A stretch of DNA of 64,000 nt from Candidatus Latescibacterota bacterium (GCA_965248265.1 CBDFJF010000001.1:2688001-2752000), one strand, 5' to 3'. Numbered from the stretch's first letter, positions 9,587 through 19,195 are shown. The notes: a model not told the origin generated them from the sequence alone. Made by a program: numbers and translations.

Positions 9587-10648
9587 GTGAACCTTTGGCG
9601 CAAACAGCCACCACCGTCTGATCCTTCGCGTTCGTTGCTCTCGGACTCTGAGGCTGAAGCCTCCGCCCTGCCGCTCTCCCAGTACCGAGACCTTGCACCG
9701 GTGATTCAGACTCCGACCGCGCCGCCTGAGATGGGGGACGGGGCCATCGTCGCACAGTCGCCGCGCATCTGGCTGCACCTATCCCTGTTCCTGCTGACAC
9801 TGCTGTCGATGACGGCGGCCGGTGCTCTACAACGTGGCGTCAATCCATTTACCGGTCTTGGCCAGCTCGTCCACCTGGTAGAGGGGATCCCCTACGCGGC
9901 GGCCCTGCTGGGAATTCTCACCGTCCACGAGTTCGGCCATTACTTCGCGGCCAGACATTGGGGGGTGCGCGCGTCGCTGCCTTATTTTCTGCCGCTCCCC
10001 ATTCACCTGTTCGGCACATTGGGCGCGGTGATTCGACTGCGCTCGCAGATCCCTCACAAACGGGCTTTGCTCGACATCGGCGCCGCGGGGCCGTTGGCCG
10101 GGTTGGTCGTTGCCATCATCGCCTGTGCCGTCGGCCTGCCGCAGTCTCGGGTGGTGTCCCCGGAATATTTCCAACAGTCACCTTTCGCCCATGCCGACAT
10201 GGTAATCCAGCTTGGCGAGCCGCTGCTGTTCAAGGGACTTGCCGCACTGCTCTTGCCGCCGCTGGGGCCGCAAGAGACCGTCATTCTCAGCCCCCTCGCG
10301 TTTGCCGGTTGGGTCGGCCTTTTCATCACGGCGGTCAATCTCTTTCCCGTGGGACAACTCGACGGTGGCCACATCTGCTATGCTTTGTGGGGTCGGGGAC
10401 ACCGGCTTGTAGGCCGCGCCACCTTTGGTTTGTTGCTGGGCTCCGGGATCTACGGTATTCTATCTGGTGGGTGGTGGGGTTGGATCGTGTTTGCTTTTTT
10501 CCTCGCCTTGTTCGGCAGCCTATTCGGATGGGACCACCCATCACCTCATCATCCCGCGATTCCTCTCAACCGCTGGCGGCGAGGCGTTGGTGTGCTCTGT
10601 TTGCTGGTGTTCGCGCTTTGCTTCACTCCCGTTCCCTTCGGACTCTGA
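9587..10648 (+). CDS. Site-2 protease (M50) intramembrane metalloprotease
   Basis: HEFGH, GAAGPLAG, NLFPVGQLDGG; multiple TM helices. Confidence 0.93.
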   Translation: MNLWRKQPPPSDPSRSLLSDSEAEASALPLSQYRDLAPVIQTPTAPPEMGDGAIVAQSPRIWLHLSLFLLTLLSMTAAGALQRGVNPFTGLGQLVHLVEGIPYAAALLGILTVHEFGHYFAARHWGVRASLPYFLPLPIHLFGTLGAVIRLRSQIPHKRALLDIGAAGPLAGLVVAIIACAVGLPQSRVVSPEYFQQSPFAHADMVIQLGEPLLFKGLAALLLPPLGPQETVILSPLAFAGWVGLFITAVNLFPVGQLDGGHICYALWGRGHRLVGRATFGLLLGSGIYGILSGGWWGWIVFAFFLALFGSLFGWDHPSPHHPAIPLNRWRRGVGVLCLLVFALCFTPVPFGL

Positions 10649-10656
10649 TCACCCCC

Positions 10657-11421
10657 ATGCCGGCGCCTTGGGCCGTCCGAATCATGGCAATCGGCGCGCT
10701 CGTGATCAGCGCGTGCGGACTTAGCGACGATGCTCAGGTAGCCTGTCGCTGCTCCGAAGACACGGACGTGCGGTCTTTCCCCCAGTGCGTCGACTTCTTA
10801 TCGGATGCGTCCAACGCTGCTGGCAGCCCGTTTTCCTCCCGCATCGCAGACTGTCCCAGCGGCAAGCGGCTGTTCCTGCGGGAACCGACGACCCCGGAAG
10901 CCGTCCTTTTCAATGTCGTGGATACAATGAGAGGACTGAGTCCTGTGCAGTACATGGACCAGCTCACGAAGGATTTCCTCTTCGTCCCCGACGTGGAGGC
11001 GATGGAACTTTACCTGGATGTCTATAATCCCCCGACCGGATACAACCCGGATTTCCCTGATGTCGACACCCTGTGGAACCGCGAGCAGGAGAGGCGCTTT
11101 GCCGTCAACATGCTCGACAACACTCAGTTTCGCAGCATCGTCATAGAGCGCTGGTTCCAGTCTTCCAAAGATGAACGTATCCTGTTCGATGATGACCCGC
11201 TGCATGAGCGCTATATTTTTCCATACGAGATCTTGCTCACGGAACAACCCACTTCGGAGGACCCCGGTGAGATCTTTGAACTCAGGGGTCGTCTGGAACT
11301 GGATATGATTACGGAGACTGATGACAACCCGCTATGGCTGGTACGGCGTATGCGGGATTTCAGAGACTTCGCCACCGCCAGACGCTCGCTGACTGAGATC
11401 AGAGGCGACTTCGCGCAATGA
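10657..11421 (+). CDS. Hypothetical lipoprotein
   Basis: Lipobox VISA-C; Cys-rich N-terminal segment; similarity blocks to the next gene. Confidence 0.7.
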   Translation: MPAPWAVRIMAIGALVISACGLSDDAQVACRCSEDTDVRSFPQCVDFLSDASNAAGSPFSSRIADCPSGKRLFLREPTTPEAVLFNVVDTMRGLSPVQYMDQLTKDFLFVPDVEAMELYLDVYNPPTGYNPDFPDVDTLWNREQERRFAVNMLDNTQFRSIVIERWFQSSKDERILFDDDPLHERYIFPYEILLTEQPTSEDPGEIFELRGRLELDMITETDDNPLWLVRRMRDFRDFATARRSLTEIRGDFAQ

Positions 11422-11459
11422 CGAGGCATTTGCGCGTTATACTACAGCAGGAGTTTGGT

Positions 11460-12167
11460 ATGAACCTGTCCCATGCGTTGCCAACCGCCAGCATTCTGAG
11501 AATGCTGCTGATTATTTCCACATCGGTTGCCTGGTTTTCCTGTAGCAATCCTTTTGCGCCGAGCACGGACAGGCCTCCCCCCGACCAAACGGTAGAACCA
11601 GCCGCTGAAGCCACCCAGCCCGAGATCGTCATGGACAACCTCGAGCGCGCCTTCAACGAACGTGACAAGGAACTCTATGAAACCTTGCTGGATGACGCTT
11701 TCTGGTTTTCGGAGCCTGACTGTCTTGGCAATATGGTGCTCGAAAACGGCAAAGAGGAAGAGCTCGAGATCATGGGACCTCGCGATGGCTCCAGCCAGGG
11801 CATCTTCGACATCTTCCGAACGATTGAGTACGAATTCGTTCCACTCGAGCGTTCAACGGAGTTGGGACGCGATTTTCCCATCGCCTTCGAGGGTGACCCG
11901 GATGGCCACCCGGACGAGGACTGGGAGGTTTTCCGCGGCCGCGTCCAGATTCTGCTGTTGAAATCCGCCGACGACGGCAACAGGGTCGATCAGACCATGA
12001 CCTTCAAGTTGCGCCAGGGTGATGACAGCCTCTGGCGCATCAGGCGCTGGCTCACCGATCCCCTTACAGGGGACTGCAATTCGGGTGAGGTTGATGCGGG
12101 TGAGGGCTCAGCCAAGCGGATCGCCACACTCGAGTCAGCCTCGTGGTCTCAGCTCAAGCAGCGCTGA
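11460..12167 (+). CDS. Hypothetical lipoprotein (alternative start 11418)
   Basis: Lipobox WFS-C-SNPFAP; ends LESASWSQLKQR. Confidence 0.72.
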   Translation: MNLSHALPTASILRMLLIISTSVAWFSCSNPFAPSTDRPPPDQTVEPAAEATQPEIVMDNLERAFNERDKELYETLLDDAFWFSEPDCLGNMVLENGKEEELEIMGPRDGSSQGIFDIFRTIEYEFVPLERSTELGRDFPIAFEGDPDGHPDEDWEVFRGRVQILLLKSADDGNRVDQTMTFKLRQGDDSLWRIRRWLTDPLTGDCNSGEVDAGEGSAKRIATLESASWSQLKQR

Positions 12168-12212
12168 GCAGCCGTCAGCGTGGGTCGAAGTCCATCCTCT
12201 CCCCCCACACCC

Positions 12213-13403
12213 ATGGCGCGGCGGCGGCGCACGCCGCGCTGGCACCTGGCGCTGTCTGCGTTTCTGTTGTTGGCAGCAGTCGCCGCCGTCCTCATCGTTC
12301 AATGGCGAGCACGACCTGAAGCACTGCTACCCGCCTACGCGGCATTGCCGCTTCCAGACCCGGCTCCAGCCTCCCATCCCCGAGCCTTCGCCGACACCCT
12401 GCTGAGTCAAACCGAGGCCACGCTGGGTGAAATCGGCATCTGGCCGGAATTGATCTCACGGTCGCGTCAGTTCCGGGACGATTCCCAGTCGACCGACGTA
12501 TCCCAGTCGACCGATTCAGCTCTTCCCCCCGACGTCATCACCGTCACCGTACCTGCCGATCTGCCGCTGGCTGTCGTCAATCTCAGCCTGACTCACCTCG
12601 TCACCTGGAACGGCGGTCAGGTTCTTGCTGGTATCGAGCATAAAGCCCGTTGGGTGGAACTGATATGCGGGGTCGATTCCACCGAGACCACACGGTTTCA
12701 GCTGCAGCACGATTCTCGCCTCAAACGCCGCACCGGGCGCATCGCCATCGTCCTCGATGACTTCGGCCAACGTTCCTGGAACGGCAACCTCGTCGAGCGC
12801 TTCTGCGCACTGCCGTGGCCGTTGACCCTGGCCATTCTTCCCAATGAAGGCCACGCCACGGAGGTTGTCTCCATAGCCATTCGGCATGGCCACGAGGCCC
12901 TGCTTCATCTGCCGATGGAGCCGATGGCCTTCCCCGAAGAGGATCCCGGCGACGGAGCCATCTTCGTGCGCCAGGATGGCGCCACCATCCGCGCCCTGCT
13001 GCGGCAGGCCTTGAGCGAGGTTCCGGGCGTCGCCGGAGTCAACAACCATATGGGATCCAGGGCGACCGCCGATTCCAGGGTTATGGAGGAAATCCTGGGC
13101 GAGCTCAAGGCCCTCGACCTGTTCTTCCTCGACAGCCGGACCAGCGCCGAGTCGTTGGGCTACGCAATGGCCAGTGCCATGGGAGTGCCGGCCGCACGGC
13201 GTGACCTGTTCATCGACCCGGTAGATGAGATCGCTGCTGTCGAGGACAGGCTGTGGGCTCTGGCGGCCCTCGCCGAAGACCAGGGCGAGGCGATCGGAAT
13301 CGGCCACGATCGGGAGCAAACCCTGCTGGCTCTGCAAGCGGTGTTGCCACGGCTAGAGTCCCGTGGTCATCAGCTGGTGCCCGTGTCCCAGCTGGTACGG
13401 TGA
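12213..13403 (+). CDS. Divergent polysaccharide deacetylase family protein (YibQ-like), membrane-anchored
   Basis: IAIVLDDFG, LLHLPMEP, GVNNHMGS, FLDSRT, AIGIGH. Confidence 0.92.
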   Translation: MARRRRTPRWHLALSAFLLLAAVAAVLIVQWRARPEALLPAYAALPLPDPAPASHPRAFADTLLSQTEATLGEIGIWPELISRSRQFRDDSQSTDVSQSTDSALPPDVITVTVPADLPLAVVNLSLTHLVTWNGGQVLAGIEHKARWVELICGVDSTETTRFQLQHDSRLKRRTGRIAIVLDDFGQRSWNGNLVERFCALPWPLTLAILPNEGHATEVVSIAIRHGHEALLHLPMEPMAFPEEDPGDGAIFVRQDGATIRALLRQALSEVPGVAGVNNHMGSRATADSRVMEEILGELKALDLFFLDSRTSAESLGYAMASAMGVPAARRDLFIDPVDEIAAVEDRLWALAALAEDQGEAIGIGHDREQTLLALQAVLPRLESRGHQLVPVSQLVR

Positions 13404-13420
13404 GAGCGCGCGACACACAC

Positions 13421-14554
13421 GTGACCTTCCGTTACGAAGTCGTCGCCCGCGACCTGACGACGGAGGCTCGGGCTGGCCTCCTTCACACGCCGCGCGGCAC
13501 CATCGAGACCCCCGTGTTCATGCCCGTGGGCACCAGGGCATCGGTAAAGGCGATGTCACAGGACGATCTTCGCGAGCTCGATGCAAGGATCGTGTTGGGC
13601 AACGCCTATCACCTCTATCTGCGTCCCGGTGACGAGCTCATCGCCCGTGCGGGCGGTCTCCATTCCTTCATGAACTGGGATCGGGCGCTGCTGACGGACA
13701 GCGGCGGTTTTCAGGTCTTCAGCCTGAAAGGTTTGACCCGTATCGAGGAAGAGGGTGTGCACTTTCAGTCTCACCTGGATGGCTCTTACCATCTGTTTTC
13801 ACCCGAGAAGGTGATGGAGATCGAGCATCATCTTGGTGCCGATGTGATCATGGCGTTCGATGAATGCACACCCTATCCGGCCACGGAGGAGTACGCCCGT
13901 CTGTCGATGGAGCGCACCCAGCGTTGGGCAGAGCGCTGTGTAGCCCGCCACGATGAACTCGGTAACCCGTTTGAGGGCGACGGTCCAGCCTTGTTTGGCA
14001 TCGTCCAGGGGAGCGTGTACGAGCCACTTCGCCGGCGATCTGCCCGGGACCTGGTCGCACTCGATCTGCCTGGTTATGCCCTGGGCGGTCTTGGAGTCGG
14101 CGAGCCGACGGACCGCATGTTGGGAATGATAGAGGCCTGTGTGCCGGAACTGCCCGCCCAACGGCCACGGTACTTGATGGGGGTTGGATTGCCCAGCGAT
14201 CTCGCCCAGAGCGTTGCCCGTGGCATCGACATGTTCGACTGTGTTATCCCGACGCGCAACGCGCGCAATGGCACGCTGTTTACCTCGAAGGGACGTCTTC
14301 GCATCAAGAACGCGATCCATGCTGAGGACCTGAGCCCGATAGACCCCGATTGCGCCTGCAGAACTTGCCGCCAGTACCACCGTGCTTACCTGCGTCATCT
14401 GTTCCAGACGAACGAACTGCTGGGTCTTCATCTGGCGACCTATCACAACGTTTTTTTCTATTTGCAGTTGATGCGCACGATGCGGCAGGCCATAGTGGAG
14501 GGTCGTTTTCGTCTCTGGCAGGAGGAGTTTCTCAGTACCTGCGGTGACACCTGA
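13421..14554 (+). CDS. tgt: Queuine tRNA-ribosyltransferase
   Basis: TPVFMPVGT, TDSGGFQVFSL, FDEC, RYLMGVG, DMFDCV, zinc site CACRTC...HN. Confidence 0.97.
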   Translation: MTFRYEVVARDLTTEARAGLLHTPRGTIETPVFMPVGTRASVKAMSQDDLRELDARIVLGNAYHLYLRPGDELIARAGGLHSFMNWDRALLTDSGGFQVFSLKGLTRIEEEGVHFQSHLDGSYHLFSPEKVMEIEHHLGADVIMAFDECTPYPATEEYARLSMERTQRWAERCVARHDELGNPFEGDGPALFGIVQGSVYEPLRRRSARDLVALDLPGYALGGLGVGEPTDRMLGMIEACVPELPAQRPRYLMGVGLPSDLAQSVARGIDMFDCVIPTRNARNGTLFTSKGRLRIKNAIHAEDLSPIDPDCACRTCRQYHRAYLRHLFQTNELLGLHLATYHNVFFYLQLMRTMRQAIVEGRFRLWQEEFLSTCGDT

Positions 14555-14649
14555 GGTATTTACGGCGACTCGTCAGATTCCTTACCTTGTTAGGAACGTC
14601 TGTCAGTGCCCATTTAGAAGCTGTGACCCGTTTACGGAGAGGATTTACC

Positions 14650-14985
14650 TTGCTGGTTTTCCTAGTTGATACCGCGCATGCCATGGGAGCCCCGGGGGGG
14701 GAAAGCGGCGGCAGCCCTATCGGCACGTTGCTGCCGTTCGTACTTATGTTCGGGGTGTTGTATTTCTTGATTCTGCGCCCGCAAATCAAGAAACAGAAGT
14801 CGCAGCAGAGGATGATCGATGAGCTCAAGAAGGGCGACGAAATCGTCACCAGCGGCGGCATCCACGGGGTCATCACCAACCTCAAGGACGACTCCATCAG
14901 CGTCAAGATTGCCGAAAACGTCAAGGTCGAACTCACGCGCTCCGCTGTTTCGCGCGTCAAGGAGGGGGGCAGTTCGAGCGAGTGA
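14650..14985 (+). CDS. yajC: Preprotein translocase subunit YajC
   Basis: YFLILRPQ.K, LKKGDEIVTSGGIHG; follows tgt; GGAGAGG RBS before TTG. Confidence 0.95.
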   Translation: MLVFLVDTAHAMGAPGGESGGSPIGTLLPFVLMFGVLYFLILRPQIKKQKSQQRMIDELKKGDEIVTSGGIHGVITNLKDDSISVKIAENVKVELTRSAVSRVKEGGSSSE

Positions 14986-15034
14986 GCGCCGTCCGAGCGA
15001 TGGTGTTGCACCAGCGCTTCGGTAGAGAAGACGA

Positions 15035-15967
15035 ATGAAACTCGTCTTCATGGGGACGCCGGAGTTTGCGGTCCCTTCGTTACGTGCGCTGGCCTCCAGC
15101 CGGCACGACATCGCTGCCGTGGTCACCAACCCCGATCGACCTGCTGGTCGCGGGCGCAAGGTCACCCCTCCCCCGATCAAAATGTTGTCTGAAGAACTCG
15201 AGCTCGAGCTCTTGCAGCCGGCCTCCCTGATAGACCCCGAATTCATCGATTACCTTCAGCAGTCAGCGGTCGATCTGTTCGTCGTCGTCGCTTTTTCAAT
15301 CCTGCCACGCCGGCTTCTGCGCCTGCCGGCCATCGGCAGCGTCAACCTGCATCCCTCCTTGCTGCCGGCTTACCGTGGTGCTGCACCGATCGTATGGGCC
15401 CTGTTCAACGGCGACAGTGAGACCGGACTGACAACGTTTCTGCTTACCTCGCGGGTCGACGCGGGAGACATCCTGATGCAAGAGCGGGTCGGTATACGAG
15501 AGGATGAAACGGCGGGTGACCTCGAGGGGCGATTGAAGGATATGGGCGCGCGCGTCCTCGTCGACAGCATCGACGGTCTGGAGGATGGCTCCATACAACC
15601 GCTTCCGCAGTCCACCCAGGGGCTCAGCCTGGCCCGCAAGCTCACCAAGGAGGATGGGCGCATCGATTGGAATCAGCCGAGTGCTCGGATCCACAACCTC
15701 GTACGGGGTGCCAATCCCATGCCGGGCGCGTTCTGTGAGTGGGCGGACGGGCAACCGTTGAAGATCCACCGTTGCCGCCCTTGTCCGGCGCCAACCAGTG
15801 CTCCGCCCGGCAGCGTGCTGCGCGCCGATGAAGGCGGACTCCTGGTAGCAACGGGTGACGGCGCTGTCGAGTTGATTCAAGTGCAACCTGCCGGTAAGCC
15901 GGTCATGGACGCCGCCGCCTTCCTGCGGGGTCACCGCCTCAGTGCGGGCAGACCCTTCAGCAGTTGA
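15035..15967 (+). CDS. fmt: Methionyl-tRNA formyltransferase
   Basis: VFMGTPEFA, PDRPAGRG, NLHPSLLPAYRGAAPI, VDAGDI. Confidence 0.97.
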   Translation: MKLVFMGTPEFAVPSLRALASSRHDIAAVVTNPDRPAGRGRKVTPPPIKMLSEELELELLQPASLIDPEFIDYLQQSAVDLFVVVAFSILPRRLLRLPAIGSVNLHPSLLPAYRGAAPIVWALFNGDSETGLTTFLLTSRVDAGDILMQERVGIREDETAGDLEGRLKDMGARVLVDSIDGLEDGSIQPLPQSTQGLSLARKLTKEDGRIDWNQPSARIHNLVRGANPMPGAFCEWADGQPLKIHRCRPCPAPTSAPPGSVLRADEGGLLVATGDGAVELIQVQPAGKPVMDAAAFLRGHRLSAGRPFSS

Positions 15968-16563
15968 TTTCTTCGATGCGGGGACCCTTCATCCGTCACT
16001 CGTTCGCCCTCCTCGCTTTTGCCACATCCGCGGCAGCAGTCGATGATCAGATGACGGCCTGGGAGGATTCGACGACGACCCTGAGAGCCATCGCGGGCAA
16101 GGCGCAGCGACCCCGTACGGCGCTAATCCAATCAGCGCTGGTTCCAGGATGGGGCCAGCTCAACAACGGGCACCTTCTCAAGGCCGCGTTGTTCGGCGGT
16201 ACAGCCGTCGGTTTCCTGGCTGCCGTGTTCGTCGAAAGGGACAACCTGAACCGCACCGACATGGAAATCGGCGATGCCCGCGATGCCTTGTCGGGCCTGG
16301 TTGCCGCCGGCGGGGACGACCCGCAGCTGCGCGCCCGGATCGCCCAGCTGGAGGGTGAATTCGAGGATCAGGCTGCGCGACGTAACACCCGTCTGCTCTA
16401 TCTGTTCACCACGGCGACGCTGGCTGCCGTCGATGCATACGTCGATGCCCACCTTGCTGATTTTGGTTCCTCGGGTAGATCGTTCGAAGTGATGCCGCGC
16501 TCCGAAGGGGTGTCATTCAGCCTCAGATGGCGCCTGCCGGCAACGAGTGAGAGAAACCGGTAG
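15964..16563 (+). CDS. DUF5683-like membrane protein
   Basis: SALVPGWGQL.N...KA and VDAYVDAHL motifs. Confidence 0.75.
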   Translation: MISSMRGPFIRHSFALLAFATSAAAVDDQMTAWEDSTTTLRAIAGKAQRPRTALIQSALVPGWGQLNNGHLLKAALFGGTAVGFLAAVFVERDNLNRTDMEIGDARDALSGLVAAGGDDPQLRARIAQLEGEFEDQAARRNTRLLYLFTTATLAAVDAYVDAHLADFGSSGRSFEVMPRSEGVSFSLRWRLPATSERNR

Positions 16564-16702
16564 AGGAATGGCCCCTGTAGCTGATGCGGTTGTGAAGCGG
16601 ATCACAGGAACCTACTTTTATGATGGTATATTAAGTTGCCCTCTCTCCTGGAAGATCTCCAGTGATGAGGCGCGTACCTTGCCAAGTGTCGAGAGAGCTT
16701 TC

Positions 16703-17299
16703 GTGGGTAAGAAGATTAAACACCGTTCTTTGTTAGGGGTTCTGGCTCTTTGCCTGCAGCTACAAGCATGCAGCGATGATAACCCGCAGTCGGGAGGCAC
16801 CCCAATTCCCAGCCAGCCTGGATCACAGTCGACATTACAGCAGCATATCTCCCTAAGTGGTGGCTACGCCGACCGCATCGATATTGTGGGTGGTCCCTGG
16901 CAAGCCAGTGGGCCGCAAGAGGAAGTCAGTCTGACCTTCGTGGCCTCCGGGTTGAGCGAGGTGAAACAGTTTCAGATCGACGTCAAGTTCGAGCCGGTTG
17001 GGGCCTTTGACGTTGAGGGGACCGTCTTCGTCGCCGAGGATCCCTTCATCGATCCCTTTCCCAATGGAATCGTCCTCGTCGCGGAGGATCAGGTACAGAT
17101 GGGTGCCGCCATTTTGGGCAACAGTGTGATTTCAGGTGACAAGACTCTTGGGACTTTGAAGTTCAGGACGAGTTCGACCTTCGGGCGTCTCGTGCAAGCT
17201 CAGATTGGTGTCGAGCGATTTTCGGTCGGGCCCAGTTCGACCGATAGAGATGAGTACACCGGGGAGACCCTGAACCTCGGTGTCATCGTCAATGAGTGA
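16703..17299 (+). CDS. Lipoprotein with cohesin-like beta-sandwich domain
   Basis: Lipobox LQA-C; GDKTLGTLKF pattern; paralog of the next gene. Confidence 0.7.
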   Translation: MGKKIKHRSLLGVLALCLQLQACSDDNPQSGGTPIPSQPGSQSTLQQHISLSGGYADRIDIVGGPWQASGPQEEVSLTFVASGLSEVKQFQIDVKFEPVGAFDVEGTVFVAEDPFIDPFPNGIVLVAEDQVQMGAAILGNSVISGDKTLGTLKFRTSSTFGRLVQAQIGVERFSVGPSSTDRDEYTGETLNLGVIVNE

Positions 17300-17344
17300 A
17301 ATAGAGTTTGACTTGAGCAAACAACCCCTAACCTGGGATTGGAC

Positions 17345-17986
17345 ATGACACAGTTGAGGAGTTTGTGGCGTAGCGTGCCGACTTTCGCGGTCGCCTTCGT
17401 GGCCCTTGCTGGAGTTACCGAAGTAAACGCCCAGAGTGACGACGAACTGGAACTCAGTGCGACCCTGGATGGCAATTACGCCAACGGCGTGGCCATCACG
17501 GATGGAACCTGGGAGGTATCGGATCCGGAAGCAGGCATCAGCATGGTGTTTTCTGCCACCGGACTGGTTGACGTAAACCAGTTCGAGTTCATCCTGACCT
17601 TCGAACCGCTGGCGGCGTTCGACATCAGTAGCGCTCGATTCCGCCCCTTCGTATCCGACGACTTTACCGTCGAGTTCGACACACCGGGAAGAGGGGTCGA
17701 GGTTCTGGACGACGACCGATTGCGCCTGGGAGCCGGAGTGTTCGAGAGTCTGGTCAACGGCGACACCGAACTGGGCACCCTGACGCTGACGACGAGTACG
17801 ACCTTCGACCCGAATGAGTCCGCCCGCATCCTCGTTGACTTCTTCTCTGTCGGCCCGGCGGCCGATGACCGGGATGAGCATGACGAGACCGCCCTGGGAA
17901 GCATGGGCGTCATCGTCGCGGCCGCGACGGCCGTGGAGTCCACAACCTGGGGATCCGTGAAGGAAACTCCGCTAGTGCTCTGTTAA
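17345..17986 (+). CDS. Secreted cohesin-like protein with C-terminal AVESTTWGSVK motif; last codons replaced by IS630
   Basis: Sec signal (EVNA-Q); paralog of 16703-17299; stop codon lies in the IS left end. Confidence 0.75.
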   Translation: MTQLRSLWRSVPTFAVAFVALAGVTEVNAQSDDELELSATLDGNYANGVAITDGTWEVSDPEAGISMVFSATGLVDVNQFEFILTFEPLAAFDISSARFRPFVSDDFTVEFDTPGRGVEVLDDDRLRLGAGVFESLVNGDTELGTLTLTTSTTFDPNESARILVDFFSVGPAADDRDEHDETALGSMGVIVAAATAVESTTWGSVKETPLVLC

Positions 17987-17996
17987 GAAATCGAGC

Positions 17997-18025
17997 TTGT
18001 ACTTTGTCGTAAGTCGTGGTATCAT
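17997..18025 (+). promoter_or_regulatory. Putative transposase promoter
   Basis: TTGTAC-N17-TATCAT with extended TG. Confidence 0.5.
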
Positions 18026-18061
18026 GGATACATATGGTGAATCCGTCAGGAGGGTCATGCT

Positions 18062-19122
18062 ATGTGTCTCCATGCTCGTTCGCCGAACGCGGCGGAGTCT
18101 AAGGAACTGGGACGGTGGCTGAAACGGCCTCGCAACGCCGTGCAGATGCGCCGTGGGCAGTTGATCTCGTTCAGCGCCCAGGGCATGCGCGTCCAGGAGA
18201 TCTCGGATACACTGCATCTGCATGAGGAGTACGTTCGCCAGTTGATCCGCCAGTACAACGAAGGGGGATTGACGGTTTTGCGCACTCGGGCACGTCCGGG
18301 GCGTCCTTCGAAGTTGACGCCGGAGGACGAATCCGTGGTGGTGGAAATTGCCACGATGCCCCCCCGTGCATTCGGCCAGCCGTTCAACCAGTGGTCGTTG
18401 CGCAAGCTGACCGACTGCCTGGTGGGACGGCAGATGATTCCCGAGGTTTCGCATGTGACCATCGGAAAAATCCTGGATCAACATAAGGTTACCTATCAAC
18501 GGACGCGCACCTGGAAAGAATCAAAGGACCCGGAGTTTGTCTCTAAAAAAAACGCATCAACCGACTCTACAAGCGGGCGCCGAAAGACACGGTCGTAGTC
18601 TGTTTCGACGAACTGGGACCAGTCCAGATCAAGCCGCATGCCGGTGCTTCCTGGGCCCCACACAAGCGCCCGGTCCGGCATCGGGCAACCTATAGCCGCC
18701 ACGGCGGCGTCAGCTATTTCTTTGGAGCCTATAACGTCCATGAGGACATCCTGTGGATGCATCACAAACCCAAGAAACATGCGTCGGTCGTACTCGATTT
18801 CCTCAAGGCCATTCGGCTCCGCTATCGCACGGCGGAGCGGATCTATGTCGTCATGGATAATCTGTCGACGCACAAGACACCGCCGATCCTGCGTTGGTGC
18901 CGACGAAACCGGGTCTCGCCGGTCTTCACCGCCACCAACGCGTCATGGATGAATCGGCTCGAATGTCACCTCACGGCAGCCCATTACTTCGTCATTAAAA
19001 ACAGCGATCCCAACGATCATCGAGAAGTCGGCCAGCGCATGCAGGAGTACCTGAGGTGGCGAAACAAGAACACCGACAACGCCAAGCTGGCCAAAGTCCA
19101 AAACTCAATGCCCACTCTTTAA
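18062..19122 (+). CDS. IS630 transposase, OrfA (HTH) fused to OrfB (DDE) by -1 frameshift
   Basis: OrfA GRPSK, WSLRKL, RTWKESKDPEF; A8 run 18545-18552; -1 frame reads KKRINRLYKRAPKDTVVVCFDE...MDNLSTH...SWMNRLE. Confidence 0.9.
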
Positions 19123-19151
19123 CAGAGCACTAGAGCGGTGACACCTCCTGG

Positions 19152-19180
19152 TTGACTAGGTAGGATAGCGCCGTTAGCTT
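19152..19180 (+). promoter_or_regulatory. Putative sigma70 promoter of tRNA-Ala
   Basis: TTGACT-N17-TAGCTT, 15 nt before the tRNA. Confidence 0.6.
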
Positions 19181-19195
19181 GTCCTTGACGTCTTC

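Larger units (their letters stand above)
17975..19130 (+). mobile_element. IS630-family insertion sequence, apparently intact
   Basis: Terminal IRs GTGCTCTGTTAA/TTAACAGAGCAC flanked by duplicated TA (17973-74, 19131-32) in a CTAG target. Confidence 0.93.

Noticed and set aside
12483-12514. 18-bp in-frame duplication (SQSTD twice); similar 21-bp ADTTV repeat near 28325-28365
   Set aside because: Ordinary low-complexity linker expansions.
14996-15034. Fluoride-riboswitch-like GCGATGGTGTT before fmt
   Set aside because: Pairing partner and downstream CTGATGAC-type element are missing, and the gene context does not fit.
18062-19122. Transposase pseudogene
   Set aside because: The break is at an A8 run between HTH and DDE parts, the usual programmed -1 frameshift position in IS630 elements; DDE residues and IRs are intact.
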